Part shown: piece by piece, positions 1 through 11,808 of the stretch
How positions within the stretch are numbered: the stretch's first letter is position 1
Layout: each line of letters begins with the position of its first letter
Source of the DNA: Podarcis vaucheri
Taxonomy: Eukaryota
Reading direction: 5' to 3' (one strand)
Length of the DNA: 64,000 nucleotides
NCBI GenBank assembly: GCA_965113315.1
Contig: OZ220367.1
Position numbers and translations under genes: made by a program
The notes under the pieces: model-generated
Seen by the model: the letters and a program-made list of their open reading frames with translations, nothing else
What the model was told of the DNA's origin: nothing
Databases searched by the model: none

Positions 1-229
1 TCCACTGTCCCTCAGACCTTGGAGGGTGGATGGCAGACTATATTTTGAAAAAAGAAAAAGAAAAGAACGAATTCCTATGCCCCACAAATAACCCAGAGAT
101 GCATTTTAAATAAAAGGACACATTCTGCTCATGTAAAAACATGCTGATTCCTGGACCGTGCATGGGCCGGATTTAGAAGGCGATTGGCCCCCGTATCTGG
201 CCCCCAGGCCTTAGTTTGCCTACTCATGC
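1..229. mobile_element. End of a non-autonomous hAT-like DNA transposon, truncated by the window start
   Basis: Ends in gggccggattt...ggcccccaggccttagtttgcctactcatg, which resembles hAT/Charlie-type termini. The other end is outside the window. Confidence 0.4.
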
Positions 230-269
230 TTTTTAGTGTGTTGATAGATCACTCTAGGGGCAGCTTTAC

Positions 270-830
270 TTGCCTTCACCAGCTTGGGAAGGGGGGGACT
301 TTGGGACTGACATTGACAAGCATAAATGGAAGGGGCTATGGTCCTGCCTCCCATTAAAGATAAACTCTGCTTGCCTTCAAGAAGTGTCCCTTAAGGTTCT
401 CTTCTACTGGCATTGGTTTCCAACACTGCTCTCCAAGATAAACAAGTCTTGATCGCCATTATGTTGGAATGGCTGTGGAAATTATGATTCTTTTATCATT
501 CATGGTGGGCCTGCAATATAATGCAAAATAAAAAATGAGAAAATGTTTTTGACAGCGTCCCTTCCATTATGGACCAGGAATTGAAGCCTATCACATCCTT
601 AGTCCTATTACCATGAGCAGAAACTTAGTGATTAAGTTATTTTTGTTGACAGCTGCACAACTGACTGTGGCTTGTTACTGGAAAGTGGAATCAGAGCCAC
701 CAGTGGAGACCTGGATTAATTATTCTAGGACATAGCCCTCTCAGATTGTCTTAAACAGAGAAGGCGGCCCATCAGGGTGTGTTAAAAAGGGACAGTCTTG
801 AGGAGATTTGGTTTTTGTTATCTTAGTCTC
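270..830 (+). mobile_element. Old, decayed L1/Tx1-clade LINE fragment (ORF2 C-terminal region)
   Basis: ORF 270-452 (WEGGDFGTDIDKHKWKGLW...LQEVSLKVLFYWHWFPTLLSKI) parallels the ORF2 C-terminus of the intact L1 in this window (WARDLGHSIQLEDWEKVW...LKENIMKMVYRWYITPAKLSKM). It is followed by a frameshifted CWNGCG...HSWWAC zinc-knuckle remnant. Confidence 0.65.
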
Positions 831-989
831 CCAAGCACCTATGTGGGGAGGCCACATGGGGGTTCACTGAAAGTGGGTTAATGCATGAGGCATAGGATCC
901 TTGCAGAAAGATGAATCTCCAAATGCATGAGTAATATTACATTTACTGGTACTTTCCTTGCTTCGGTGGTAGTAGTAGAAGAAGAAGAA

Positions 990-1003
990 ATTAATTTAAT
1001 TAA

Positions 1004-1035
<32 letters not shown>

Positions 1036-1370
1036 AATAATATTTATACCTCACCCATCTGGCTGGGTTTCCCCAGCCACTCTGGGTGGCTTACAGTACA
1101 TATAAAAACATAGTAAAACCTCAAACATTAAAAACCTCCTGATACAGGGCTGCCTTCAGATGTTTTCTAAAAGTCAGGTAGGTAGTTGTTCATTTCCTTA
1201 ACATCTGATGGGTGGGCGTTCTACAGGGAGGATGCCACTGCTGAGTAGGCCCTCTGCCTGGTTCCCTCTAGCTTCACCTCTCGCAGTGAGGAAACTGTCA
1301 GAAAACCCTCGGAGGAGGACCTGAATGATGGGGTGGAGACACTCCTTCAGGTATACTGGGCCGAGGTTAC
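990..1370 (-). mobile_element. L2-like LINE 3' fragment with (TAAA)n tail
   Basis: (TAAA)n at ~1005-1035 followed by tatttatacctcacccatctggctgggtttccccagccactctggg. Reverse-complement relatives occur at 29800-30020 and 33770-33880. Confidence 0.6.
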
Positions 1371-3873
1371 TTTGCTTTGTTCAGGTTTGTAACTGAAATA
1401 AGTCTGTGTGCTGTTTGTAATGTTTAATGAAAATAATAAAATTCTCTTTTAAAAAATCTTATTCCTAGCCCTATTTTCCACCCACCCACAGTGACTTCGA
1501 GTGGAAAAAATTCCACTGTTATATTTTTCTGTGCAATATTTTCCATTCCTAAAAATACATTTTCCCCATAAAATTAATCATTAACATAATGAATCAAATA
1601 GCTGTTAGTTGTAATGTTGTAATTAACTTTTTCCAGATGATTGTCCCTAGGAAGTACTTGCACACAGGCCTACATACAATTTCAGTACCTTAATTTTTTC
1701 TTAAACTTTAACTAACGTATCCTAATAAAAACAAATTCCAAACAAATTGCTACCCAAGTGTGCTTTATTGATCCCCGCCCCATTCAGATAAATTTAAATG
1801 CTTTTGTTTTTTTGTAAAATATTTAGTATTTATGCAGCGTGTAAAATGAACATTGAATACTTTTGATTAAGGTTTATTTACCAAACAGAAATGAATGTGC
1901 CACATCACCCCTACTCCCAAGTGACTTAAGTTTAAGTTGAGTAAAGTGAGCTAGAAGTTGACAAGCAGGGTGCTATTAAAGAAGCAGGAAGCAAAGAAAT
2001 AAAGGAGAAAGTGCGAGCTGAGAGACAGGTTTTGCTTCCTCACCCACTCACTTGCATGTACCCGTCTGCCTCTGTGGCTCAGGAGTAGAGTAGGTAGAGA
2101 CAGAAGCAGACAAGCAAAAGAAAAAGGGATCGCTTTGTTTTCTGTTCACCCCCCTGCCCCCACAATGCAAGGAAAAAGAACAGGGGCAGCTGATTGGGAG
2201 GGGCAATAGGTTATACCTTTTGCTCCTTCCTGAGTTGCAGCTGCAAAGCTGAACCATAGCTGGCCTGAATCACATATTATGAATATGATTTTGCAAGGCA
2301 GTTGTGCACTGAAGCTGCTGGGTGTTTAAGCAGCAGCTATGGCTATAGTACCTTAGTCTGGAACTGGCGCTCATTGCCAGTGCAGTGACCACAGATTAGT
2401 TCAGAGAAAGAAAAATCATTTTTGCCTGGACACTTCTATACTGGCATGCCAAAATATTTCAAAATTTCAAATATTTTTAGGGTTACAGCTTCTAATGGAT
2501 TACTCATATCAGTTTTGAATTAAATAACTGATGAATCAGTTAAATTTGCATATGGGAAAGCATTATTTCTGAAGCACAAAACATGTTTACTTAATTTTTA
2601 GAGATGCACACATTTGTCCTTGTAGGCATAATCTTGGTAAAGGCATTCCTGTGTTTGAGAGAAGGGAGAATGCCTCTGAATAAGTTGGTTGGCACCTGAG
2701 GGTTTTATAAGCATTGGAAATTAAAAAAAAAAAAATCCTTCTGTCCAGTTTGATTAGGGGTATCCTTTTAGTTGATCAATATGTTATACTGAATTTTTTT
2801 TTTAAAAAAAACACATTGCTGTGACCCAGGCCAGTGGCCCATCAATTGGGTTATTATGAGAGATGTTTCTAGCATGTCAGACTCTAGATTAAAATTATTT
2901 TGCTATAGTACTTTGCCTTCACTTGAGAATTTGACATCTAACCAAATGTACCAGGATATACTAGAAAACTTCGTTGTTCATATGATTTGACTTGCAGTCT
3001 ATCTTCTGTTCTAAAATCCAAATGTGCTTCCTGAAATACATGTGTGTGTGTATTTGTGAAGGCTAAAATCTACTTGGTATTTGCACTGTATAAGAATGGC
3101 ATGGGAGGGGGAATTTAACACTAACATGATTTCCCCCCACATTAAGGTTAGAGTCCTATAACCACGTAGCTAGGAGTGAGCACTGTTCAGTATTCAGTTC
3201 AGTGGTTTTTGCTTCTGAGTTAGGCATAGGATTGCACTGTAAAATAACTTTTATCAAGGAAATACTGGCTCAGTAGATAGTTTCAGGAGCTTGTCCTACA
3301 CTCGAGTAGGACCCTGGTAGAGACACATGCCCGAGTGGCATGTTCTCTCCCTCCTGGTCATCGTTCGGGAGCGTCAAAAGCTTTTTTCTGCCCAAACATC
3401 ACAGTGACCGATGCCAACAGACATCGGCACACTTAGGGATCTGCAGAGTTTGCGTAACAGAACTCAGCAACTCAGTATTTTGGCTAATCAACATGGCTCC
3501 CTCTCTCTGTAGCATAAGACAGCAAAAAGAAAGAACAAAGGACAATAGTCCCACTTCATGGAACACAGTAACACAAGCATCCTGTCTCCCATCACTTCCC
3601 ACACTGTGGAGTCAAAACATACACCGTCATGTGAAAGACAACAATCCCATGACTGCAATCACGGAGCAGGAATTCCAACAGATAGTAGGTTTGCCTATGT
3701 TGCACATGAGGCCTGCAGAGAGGTACAGCTGTGAAAGAAATAATCTAAAAATACATTGCTGAAATGTTATACATGAGTGAGCAAAAAGGGATGAGAGGAA
3801 TTAGCTTTACAGAAAGCCGTTGTATCATTGCCATCCTGTTTCATTGGGTCATCTACTGTGTCTATCTGGGTGG

Positions 3874-4286
3874 CAGGGCTCGAAATTAGCAGGGTGCCAG
3901 GCCTAAAGATTCGTGCCTAAAGAATCTCCATTTGTGAGCACCTCAAAAAGGCTGGGTACTATTTTTGTGTGTGCCTGGCTGACACTGATTTGTGCCTGGC
4001 TGACTGATTACTGAAATGCATGTGCTTTGAAGCCTCGGAGTATATGTTAAGGATGGACAATATGTTAAGGAGTTTAGCAATAAATAGTAGAGTGTTTTGA
4101 AAACTGTAAACATAATTTCTACTAAATTGTGATATTAACAATGTGTCATTTATGTGAATTGTGTATTAGTTTGTGCTTATCCAAATAATAAATAAAAAGT
4201 GTTGCTGCCCCTCCTCCCCGGGCAACTAGACATTCTGTTTTGGTGCCCACAGGCTCCTAGCTTTTCTATCCCAGTTTCTAACACTG
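3874..4286. mobile_element. Non-autonomous hAT MITE
   Basis: Imperfect TIRs cagggctcgaaatt / agtttctaacactg. 8-bp TSD ctgggtgg (3866-3873) / ctgggtag (4287-4294). Confidence 0.7.
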
Positions 4287-5007
4287 CTGGGTAGTGATTA
4301 TACTCCTATTTTATACCAACCAATTCAGTTTCAGATTGAAACCCGGACACGAGCATCTACTTCCCATCCAGGCAGGGGTGGGTGCTCACTACCAGCTATT
4401 GCTCTGGAAAAATTCTGGGGACTGGGCCTTCAAGTAAAGGACCCTGAGTGCCCTTGCTCCTGTAACTGCACAAGGTCTACTTCCAAAGTGTGCTGTCAGA
4501 TACCTATGGTTTTATAGAGTGGTAAATAAGTGAGTGTGATATGCAGTATATGCTCATCAAGAATTCTGAGAGGGCCCACCTGAACTCTGTTTACCTTCCT
4601 CCTGCAGATGCCCAAGCTCACATATGTGTGCTGGCAGTGTGTTCGGACATTAGGGGAAATAAAATCTGCACAAACATCCCAACTCTACCTCTGTCTGTTG
4701 TGAGAGAAGGTCTTCAATGGAGTGATACTGAATGATGTCCAGCCACTTGGCAATGAAAATGCACTTATGCAACTGGCTTTCTGGTTTCTCTTCTTTCTCA
4801 TCCAGCTCCCTGCACACACCCCAAATCTGCTCCAGATGATCCCCCAAGACTCAAGAGCAGATTTTGGAGTTGTGGGGAGTTGTAGTGGGGAAGAAAAGAT
4901 GAAGGCCTATTGTGTGAGTGGGCATCTGCTCATGATATGATGGACCTCATTCATGGTTATAAAATCAATCAGCATGTTTATAGAAGAGATACCTGAAATA
5001 TCTCATG

Positions 5008-5236
5008 GGAGCCAGTGTGATCTAGTGGTGGTGTGTTGGACTGTAACCTGGGAGACCATGGCTTGAAATTCCACTCAGCCATGAAGCTCATGGAGTGACC
5101 TTGGACCAATCACAGTCTCTCAGTCTAACCTACCCTGTAGGGTTGTTGTGAGGATAAAACAAGGAGGGGGAAACTTTGTATGACATCTTGACTTCCTTGG
5201 ATGAAAAGTGGGATATAAATGTAATAAAGAAATAAA
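5008..5236 (+). mobile_element. tRNA-derived CORE/MIR-like squamate SINE
   Basis: tRNA-like head (gggagccagtgtgatctagtgg...), gtgaccttgg core, gggttgttgtgaggataaa motif and A-rich tail. Confidence 0.65.
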
Positions 5237-8062
5237 TGTTTGTTTAACCTAGGTTTAAGTTGATTCCTTTTAGTAGTGCTAGTGATAGATTCTTCTAGAT
5301 CATTTTATCCTATATAGTAGTTTTAATCAGTCTTACCCATTCCTACTTCCAAAGGATTCCAAATATGGCTGTCATAGGAGAAAAGGAGGACATTTGCAGG
5401 TGCATATTATCTCCTCTACCCCAAGATACAGCTCGGTCATGATTCTTGTGTTGTTCAAGCTGAGGTAACTACCCTCACTTCCTTCTCAGATCAGATAAAG
5501 ATATAAAGGAAAGGAAAGGCAGTAAAACACACTTTTTAAAGAAAATGTTTCCCAATAAAGGAATGTATTCAATGCTGCATGAACAACCTCCAGTCACACA
5601 ACAAGGTCTTCCCTTCTTCTCTGCTCATGCAACCCTCAAATCTATATCAGAGGTACTACAATGGTCTGGAGCAAATTTTGAAGTGCAGGGGAGAGGAGGG
5701 GAAAGTTACATTGCACAAATGGAGTAGTAGCATTGGATATAGTCCATAGTGTTTAAACTACTCTTTACATTTGGTAGTGTGAATTGGGCTGCTGTGCATG
5801 AGCCTTCTTTGAGTGCAATCAAACCAAGTTTAGCTGTTTAAACAGTGCAATCCTATGCATGTGTACTGTACTCAGTTGCAAGTCTACATTGGTTAAAAGG
5901 ATTGTAATGTATGCCTTAGGCAAGCATCCTGGCGTAGATAGTTCCTATGGATGGATGTGACCACTGAGAGGGCCCCCTCTCTCATTGCGACCCTCCAAAT
6001 TTCACTTAAGCTGGTAACAAATCCATGCAACAGAGGCCACCTCTGCCTCCCAAAGCACTCCCAGATAAGGGACTGTAGCATTGAAGCTTAAATCATGTTG
6101 GAATCAGAATAACTAAAGGAGCTTAGCTTGGGATCGATTGTACCCTCTTTTATTAGTTGCTATACTAGAGAAGCTTACTGCTTGCTTAATACATTTTTAT
6201 TACTGTACTGGTCACTATTGTGTTGTTTTATATAGCTGTGGTTCTGTCAGCTAAACCTGTTGTCATTGACCGTGTTACAGAAGTAACAAAGGGCATTCTC
6301 ATTTTTTCATGAAGCGTTTAATCCATATTTGCTTACTGCTGCTATGGAAAAGACAAGTGTATCAGTAGAGAAGCCTCCTTAGGTTGCATGTTGTTATATT
6401 TATAGCACAATAGATCCCTGACATGGTTGAAGTTTGAGTGCTTTCCATGCATCTCTGCCAATGCATCTGTTTTCTCTTAATTTATTTTCAAAGATGCCAG
6501 AATGAGTGCATGGAGACTATTTTGCCTAATAAAGCAGAGACATTATGAAAGTGCATAAAGGATGCTGTACTGTTGCTTTTTTATAGTGGTAAAGTGAGCT
6601 GTGACTATAGCTAGGGCTTTGTATTGCTTCATTCTTTGGTGAAAATCAAATGTTGATTAGGATGCCAAATAATTTTGACGTTAATCTTCTGATGCTACAT
6701 TTTTTTCAGTTTAACATATCTTCCATATTAATTTAGTGTTCAACAGTAGGAGATTTCCTGGGGGGCGGATAAGTATTTCTGTATCCCTGTCCTTAAAGCT
6801 TATTGTCTTATAGAGAAATGCTGGCTCATCAGAACATTGCCAGAGTAAGGTCCCCCCCCCCCCAGCCTGTCACAGTGTGAATCAGCCTTCCTGGACAAAG
6901 GAAGTCGTGGATGAACAATAAAATGTACATGTAATATACAGCTCTATGTTACTGAAATTAATTTTATATTTGTCTGTGCTTTACATTGGCTTCACTAGCA
7001 CATAATGCTAAACTATGGTTTGGTTTAACTTGAAGTTCCAAGTGCAGGAATGAGAAGGACTTTGCCAGTATTTACTTTTATGTTTGCCCCACCCAACTTG
7101 TTCTTGTAAGCAGATTAGGGATCATGATCTATCACAAAATAATCAGTTTCAAATCAAGGTGACTTGTTTTCCCTCCCTCCCAACTCTACAACTCTATGAT
7201 TCTGTGATTCTAGTTCATGAAAAGGCAAGATTAGGGGAAACTGGAAGTAAACACAGACAAAAAACTTGCTGTTGTATGGGAGGAGTAAGCTTTGCTTGGG
7301 TTAATTCCAGCTAACATATACAGCACTGAACCATAGTTTAGTGTTACATGTGAACCCAGCTAGTGTATAACAAAGATAAGTGACTCTCCACTTCATGTTT
7401 GTTTGAGACACATTGACCATACCATACAATAAGATGCTCTCTTCTCCCCTTTTGCACTCCCAGTTCCCCTTTTCAGTTCTGTGTTCATGGTAACTATAAT
7501 TTACCTTTATGTCTGAAGGAGGCAAGCTATGGTCAGTGTGAGCCATTGTTTACTTTCAAACCAAAATGAGAAACTATTGTTTGAACTGAGCTTGTAATGC
7601 TGGTTTGTAGGCAAACTGATTAGATTTAACAGCACACTGTAGTTACCCTGAACCTGGATGGGAGAAAACAAAGTACCAAGTATCTGTACAGAACTTAAAT
7701 GGAGTTTGCTGTGGCTCTTATAATGGTTAATGTACTAATGGACTGTAAAGAGCGGTATTGAAATTGTTATGTAATTGCAGCCATGTCCAGGAATCATTTG
7801 CACAGTTTGCTTATTTGTATTGGGTGCGTGCCATTTACCGGTGTATATATACACAGTATAACCAATAACAAATCCATTTTACTGTTTGCATCTTGGTTAT
7901 TCCCCTGTAATTGGTAGAATATCTATTTCATCAGAGAAGACAGCAGCCTCCCTAGAAAGCAGAGCAGAGGAAATCTTCAGAATATAAGTGATTTTAATGA
8001 CAATTGTTCAGCTTAAGCAAACAAGTAACACATGTAGAGAGCACTGCAGATAATTCAAGATA

Positions 8063-8477
8063 CAGTGGTGCCCCGCAAGACGAATGCCTCGCAATACAAA
8101 AAACTCGCTAGACAAAAGTTTTTTCCGTTCGCGATTTGCCTCGCAAGACGAATTTTCCCTATGGGCTTGCTTCGCAAGACGAAAACGTCTCGCGACTTTT
8201 TTTCTTTGACTAAAAACAAAGACATGTTTTGTTTATAAAGTTAATTTATTTTCCCTTAAATTTTTGAACTGCTCTTTACAGTATGTGTGACTTTAAAGAG
8301 CAGTTAATAAACTGTTGTTGTACCAAATTTGGCTTTGTTTGGACTTTTTTTGACCATAGGAACGCATTAATTGATTTTCAATGCATTCCTATGGGATTTC
8401 GTGCTTCGCAAGACGAAAAATTCGCTAGACGACAAAAATTGCGGAACGAATTAATTTCGTCTTGCGGGGCACCACTG
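8063..8477. mobile_element. Tc1/mariner (pogo/Tigger-like) MITE
   Basis: Perfect 22-bp TIRs cagtggtgccccgcaagacgaa / ttcgtcttgcggggcaccactg, with TA on both sides. Confidence 0.9.
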
Positions 8478-10626
8478 TATGAGCTACACTATCAAGTGCT
8501 GTGGATCACAGACTTTAATCGTAAACAAGTTCCACTGAAATCAATAACATTTCTGAGTAAACATTTTTAGCATTATGCTATAAGTTTATTGTGAAACCAA
8601 GATGCCTCGATTCCTGAAAACAGACACACATCAATAGATATGCTTCAGTAAATGTTTCTAAAATTCTCCTTTAAAAAAAGAAAAGAAAAAAAGCTTAAAA
8701 CTCCTAATATTTCCCGCTTTCAGCAGAATAACTCTATGAACCAGTGCTGAGATGCCATTTTAAGAGGTTAAATTACTTTCTAAATGTTGCTGTGAAGCAG
8801 AAGGGAAGGGAAAAGATCAAGTTACTCATTCTTCATTCCAGAGCCTACCACTACACTTGAAGGCTGGAGACATGCTGGCTAGAATACACAGTTGCCAGTC
8901 GTCTTTAGCCCTGCCCCCACTCAGGGGAAAGACCAAAAGAGATTTTCTTTAAAGGGGGCCTGGAAAGGGAAAACAATTTTTCTTTTCTCCAGGAATTTTT
9001 AAGTGCAGCTGCCATATCGTCTACTATGCTGATCATATAATCACAGTTGTCATGTTTTTAGTTATTACTTTGCCAAATTTTACTTTTATACGCGTATGAA
9101 AGTTTGGTCCCTTTACTTTTTGTTCAGGGTGAACAAAAACTAACCTATCTAGTTGATAACTGTGTGCACGAGGTGGCACTTTATTCTTATTTCTATGTTC
9201 CGTTATAGAAGGAATAGAGGAAATTGCTTGTTGACTTCTCTCTCACAAGGCTGCATGCACTCTTACATAGTAAAAGAAATGCACCATTAGTAATAGTTAC
9301 ACATTGACGTGTATTTTCTCCTCATGCTCAAAAAGCTCTTCAGCTCAGTTGTAATCAAATGAAGCAAGAAAGGCTTGCACCTCTTTCTTCTCTCCCTCAA
9401 TATTTTTCATTCCAGTCAGGACAGTATGCTCCTGTCCTGGCCACGTCCTGTAAGAACATACCTCTTAATGGTGGAGAGGAGGTTGCAGGGAGGGTGGGGT
9501 GGGAGGAGAGAGATGACAGCTTAATCAGCAAGGGTCATACATTTTGGGGGGTCAATTCAGAGAGGCAGGCATGGTGATCAGATGGTTATGTTTATTACAA
9601 TATTGCTGGTTTCCCATAGCTGATCAGGGACATTGGTAGGAAAAGAGTTGGTCTTGAGCACAGCTTATGATGTAGAGCAAAATAAGAACAATGACGAATC
9701 ATGATTTTTGTTTCTCAAGAGGCTAAAGTTTCCCATTATGCCAATAACTTTGACTTCTCCCTTTTAAGACACATTTATGAAATTGATGAGACCATATGAG
9801 GATTAATATATATGGGGCAGATTGTGAAAGCAAGGGTGGGGAAGGCACATCAATCTAAGTTTATACAAGCTGGTGATTGAAAGATGTCTGCCATACACCT
9901 TGAATTTGGAAACACACAGATGGTGGTTCAATCAGTTTAGTTGGGAGGGGAGGAGGAATCCAGTTCAAACTATTTGTGTGAGGCACCACTTGCCTTTAAT
10001 CTTGGGACTACATAAGCAAATGCACAATTTTATCCATGCAGTTAGCTACTTAAAAATCAAAGGTTGCCTTACATGAATACATTTGTAAGAAATATGTCTA
10101 ACTTTAATGGAACATTGCTTAAAAAATTCTCTCAACTTTTTGTGTTTATACTAAGTCGATCATTCTTACAGCTAGTAATACCTGCCTTTAAAATAAATAA
10201 ATAATGTCTTGCATGGCTATTTAGTACATTGAGTTCCACAAAGATGTGATGTTAGTTTGCAGACATGCAAAATATGGACTTTCTATTTTTAACTCGTGCA
10301 GTTAGTTGTATGCATGCAACAGAACCGTGAAAAAAGAATGATACCTTTGATCACTTTATTGCTAGTTAAAGATGTAGTGACTGAAAAGTCTGCTTTTATT
10401 ATACTCCAAGTGTGGATATACACAGGAAGCACTGTGTAAAAGTCTCAGCCAGATTGAAATATGCGTGTTTCTGAGATTTCTCTGACCATTTCTTTAAGTT
10501 GCGAGTTGGAAAAAAGGCTCTCGCAGTTTTTAGCAAAGTATTGTCACAGACTGCTGTAACTGCTTGTGGTCCTGCAAAAATTCTATAGTCTTTTAAAGTC
10601 GTTGGCTACAGTATTTTTGTGAAGTA

Positions 10627-10877
10627 CAGTGGTACCTCGGGTTAAGAACTTAATTCGTTCTGGAGGTCCGTTCTTAACCTGAAACTGTTCTTAACCTTAA
10701 CCTGAAGCACCACTTTAGCTAATGGGACCTCCTGCTGCCGCCGCGCTGCCGCCATTGTGCAATTTCTGTTCTCAACCTGAAGCAAAGTTCTTAACCCGAG
10801 GTACTATTTCTGGGTTAGCGGAGTCTGTAACCTGAAGCGTCTGTAACCTGAAGCATCTTTAACCTGAGGTACCACTG
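10627..10877. mobile_element. Tc1/mariner-type MITE (cagtggtacctc family)
   Basis: TIRs cagtggtacctcgggttaa / ttaacctgaggtaccactg, TA flanks. A close sister copy lies at 21624-21841. Confidence 0.9.
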
Positions 10878-11691
10878 TAGCCCTATGATGGGATGTACAC
10901 ACACTATTGTAAAGTATTTAGTTTCTGTGTTTGCAAAAATTAGAGAAGTAATGAAATTGGCATGTATAGTTAGTAAACAGCTTCTGAAACATCCCTCAGA
11001 ATATGTAATCCATAGACATAACCACAGGAAAAATGGGGGGGGGGGGTTCAAGATGTCTTGCCATAATTTGGGGAAAGAGAATAATTGTGGCCAGTTCAGT
11101 TCAGTTCAGTTGCAGTATCTAGCCTCTAGTTTTTATCCCACAACTGATTCACATTTGAAAAACTTTATTCCCCTATTTTTCCCCTGGCAGTACTACAATA
11201 GCACCTGCTTCTTATATGAAGCCAACACAAGTAGTTGCTTCTCTTCCTAAGATCAGCCTTAAGGCATTGAAATTCCTAGGCAAGCATTTTCCTCCCTTGT
11301 TTACCCTTAATACAGGAGAGGTAGAATTGAGGTTTGATTCTTTCTGCATGCCTAAATCATGCAATCATGGAAATAGGTCTTAAGCAGATTTTTAAAACAT
11401 GGGGAGGAATTCTTAATATTTTGGATTGGTAACCTTTTTTGTATTTTGGAGGAAAGAATAGATGAACTGAACTTGCTTATTAACAAATTGAGCGGCATTT
11501 GTGGGAGCGGCATACTGTGGGAGCGCTCCTCCATCTTGATTGCAATTACTTATCAAGTGGAAGAAGCTTCACTTTACTGTGTGTTATATGCCCTCTGAAC
11601 TAACACAGGCTGCTTTATATCAGTTCTGTTGTGAAGTTCATTGAACTTCCTTACAGCTCATTGAAGTTTGTGCCACTCTTCGATGAAAGCC

Positions 11692-11692
<1 letters not shown>

Positions 11693-11722
<30 letters not shown>

Positions 11723-11808
11723 GTCATGTCCGACTCTTCGTGACCCCATGAACCAGAGCACACCAGGCACTCCTGTCTTCCACTGCCTCCCGCAGTTTGG
11801 TCAAAACC
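11693..11808 (-). mobile_element. 5'-truncated RTE-BovB LINE 3' end
   Basis: (CAA)n tail on the minus strand and the BovB-type 3' sequence ttagtcatgtccgactcttcgtgaccccatg. 10-bp TSD atgaaagcct at 11683-11692 and 11809-11818. Confidence 0.8.

Noticed and set aside
5008-5085. tRNA gene (also at 63880-63954)
   Set aside because: These are degenerate tRNA-derived heads of SINEs, continuous with SINE bodies and tails, with no intact cloverleaf.
8063-8477. Short repeats separated by unique spacers, superficially CRISPR-like
   Set aside because: The repeats are 11 bp, irregularly spaced and enclosed by TIRs with TA flanks. The context is eukaryotic and there are no cas genes. It is a MITE.
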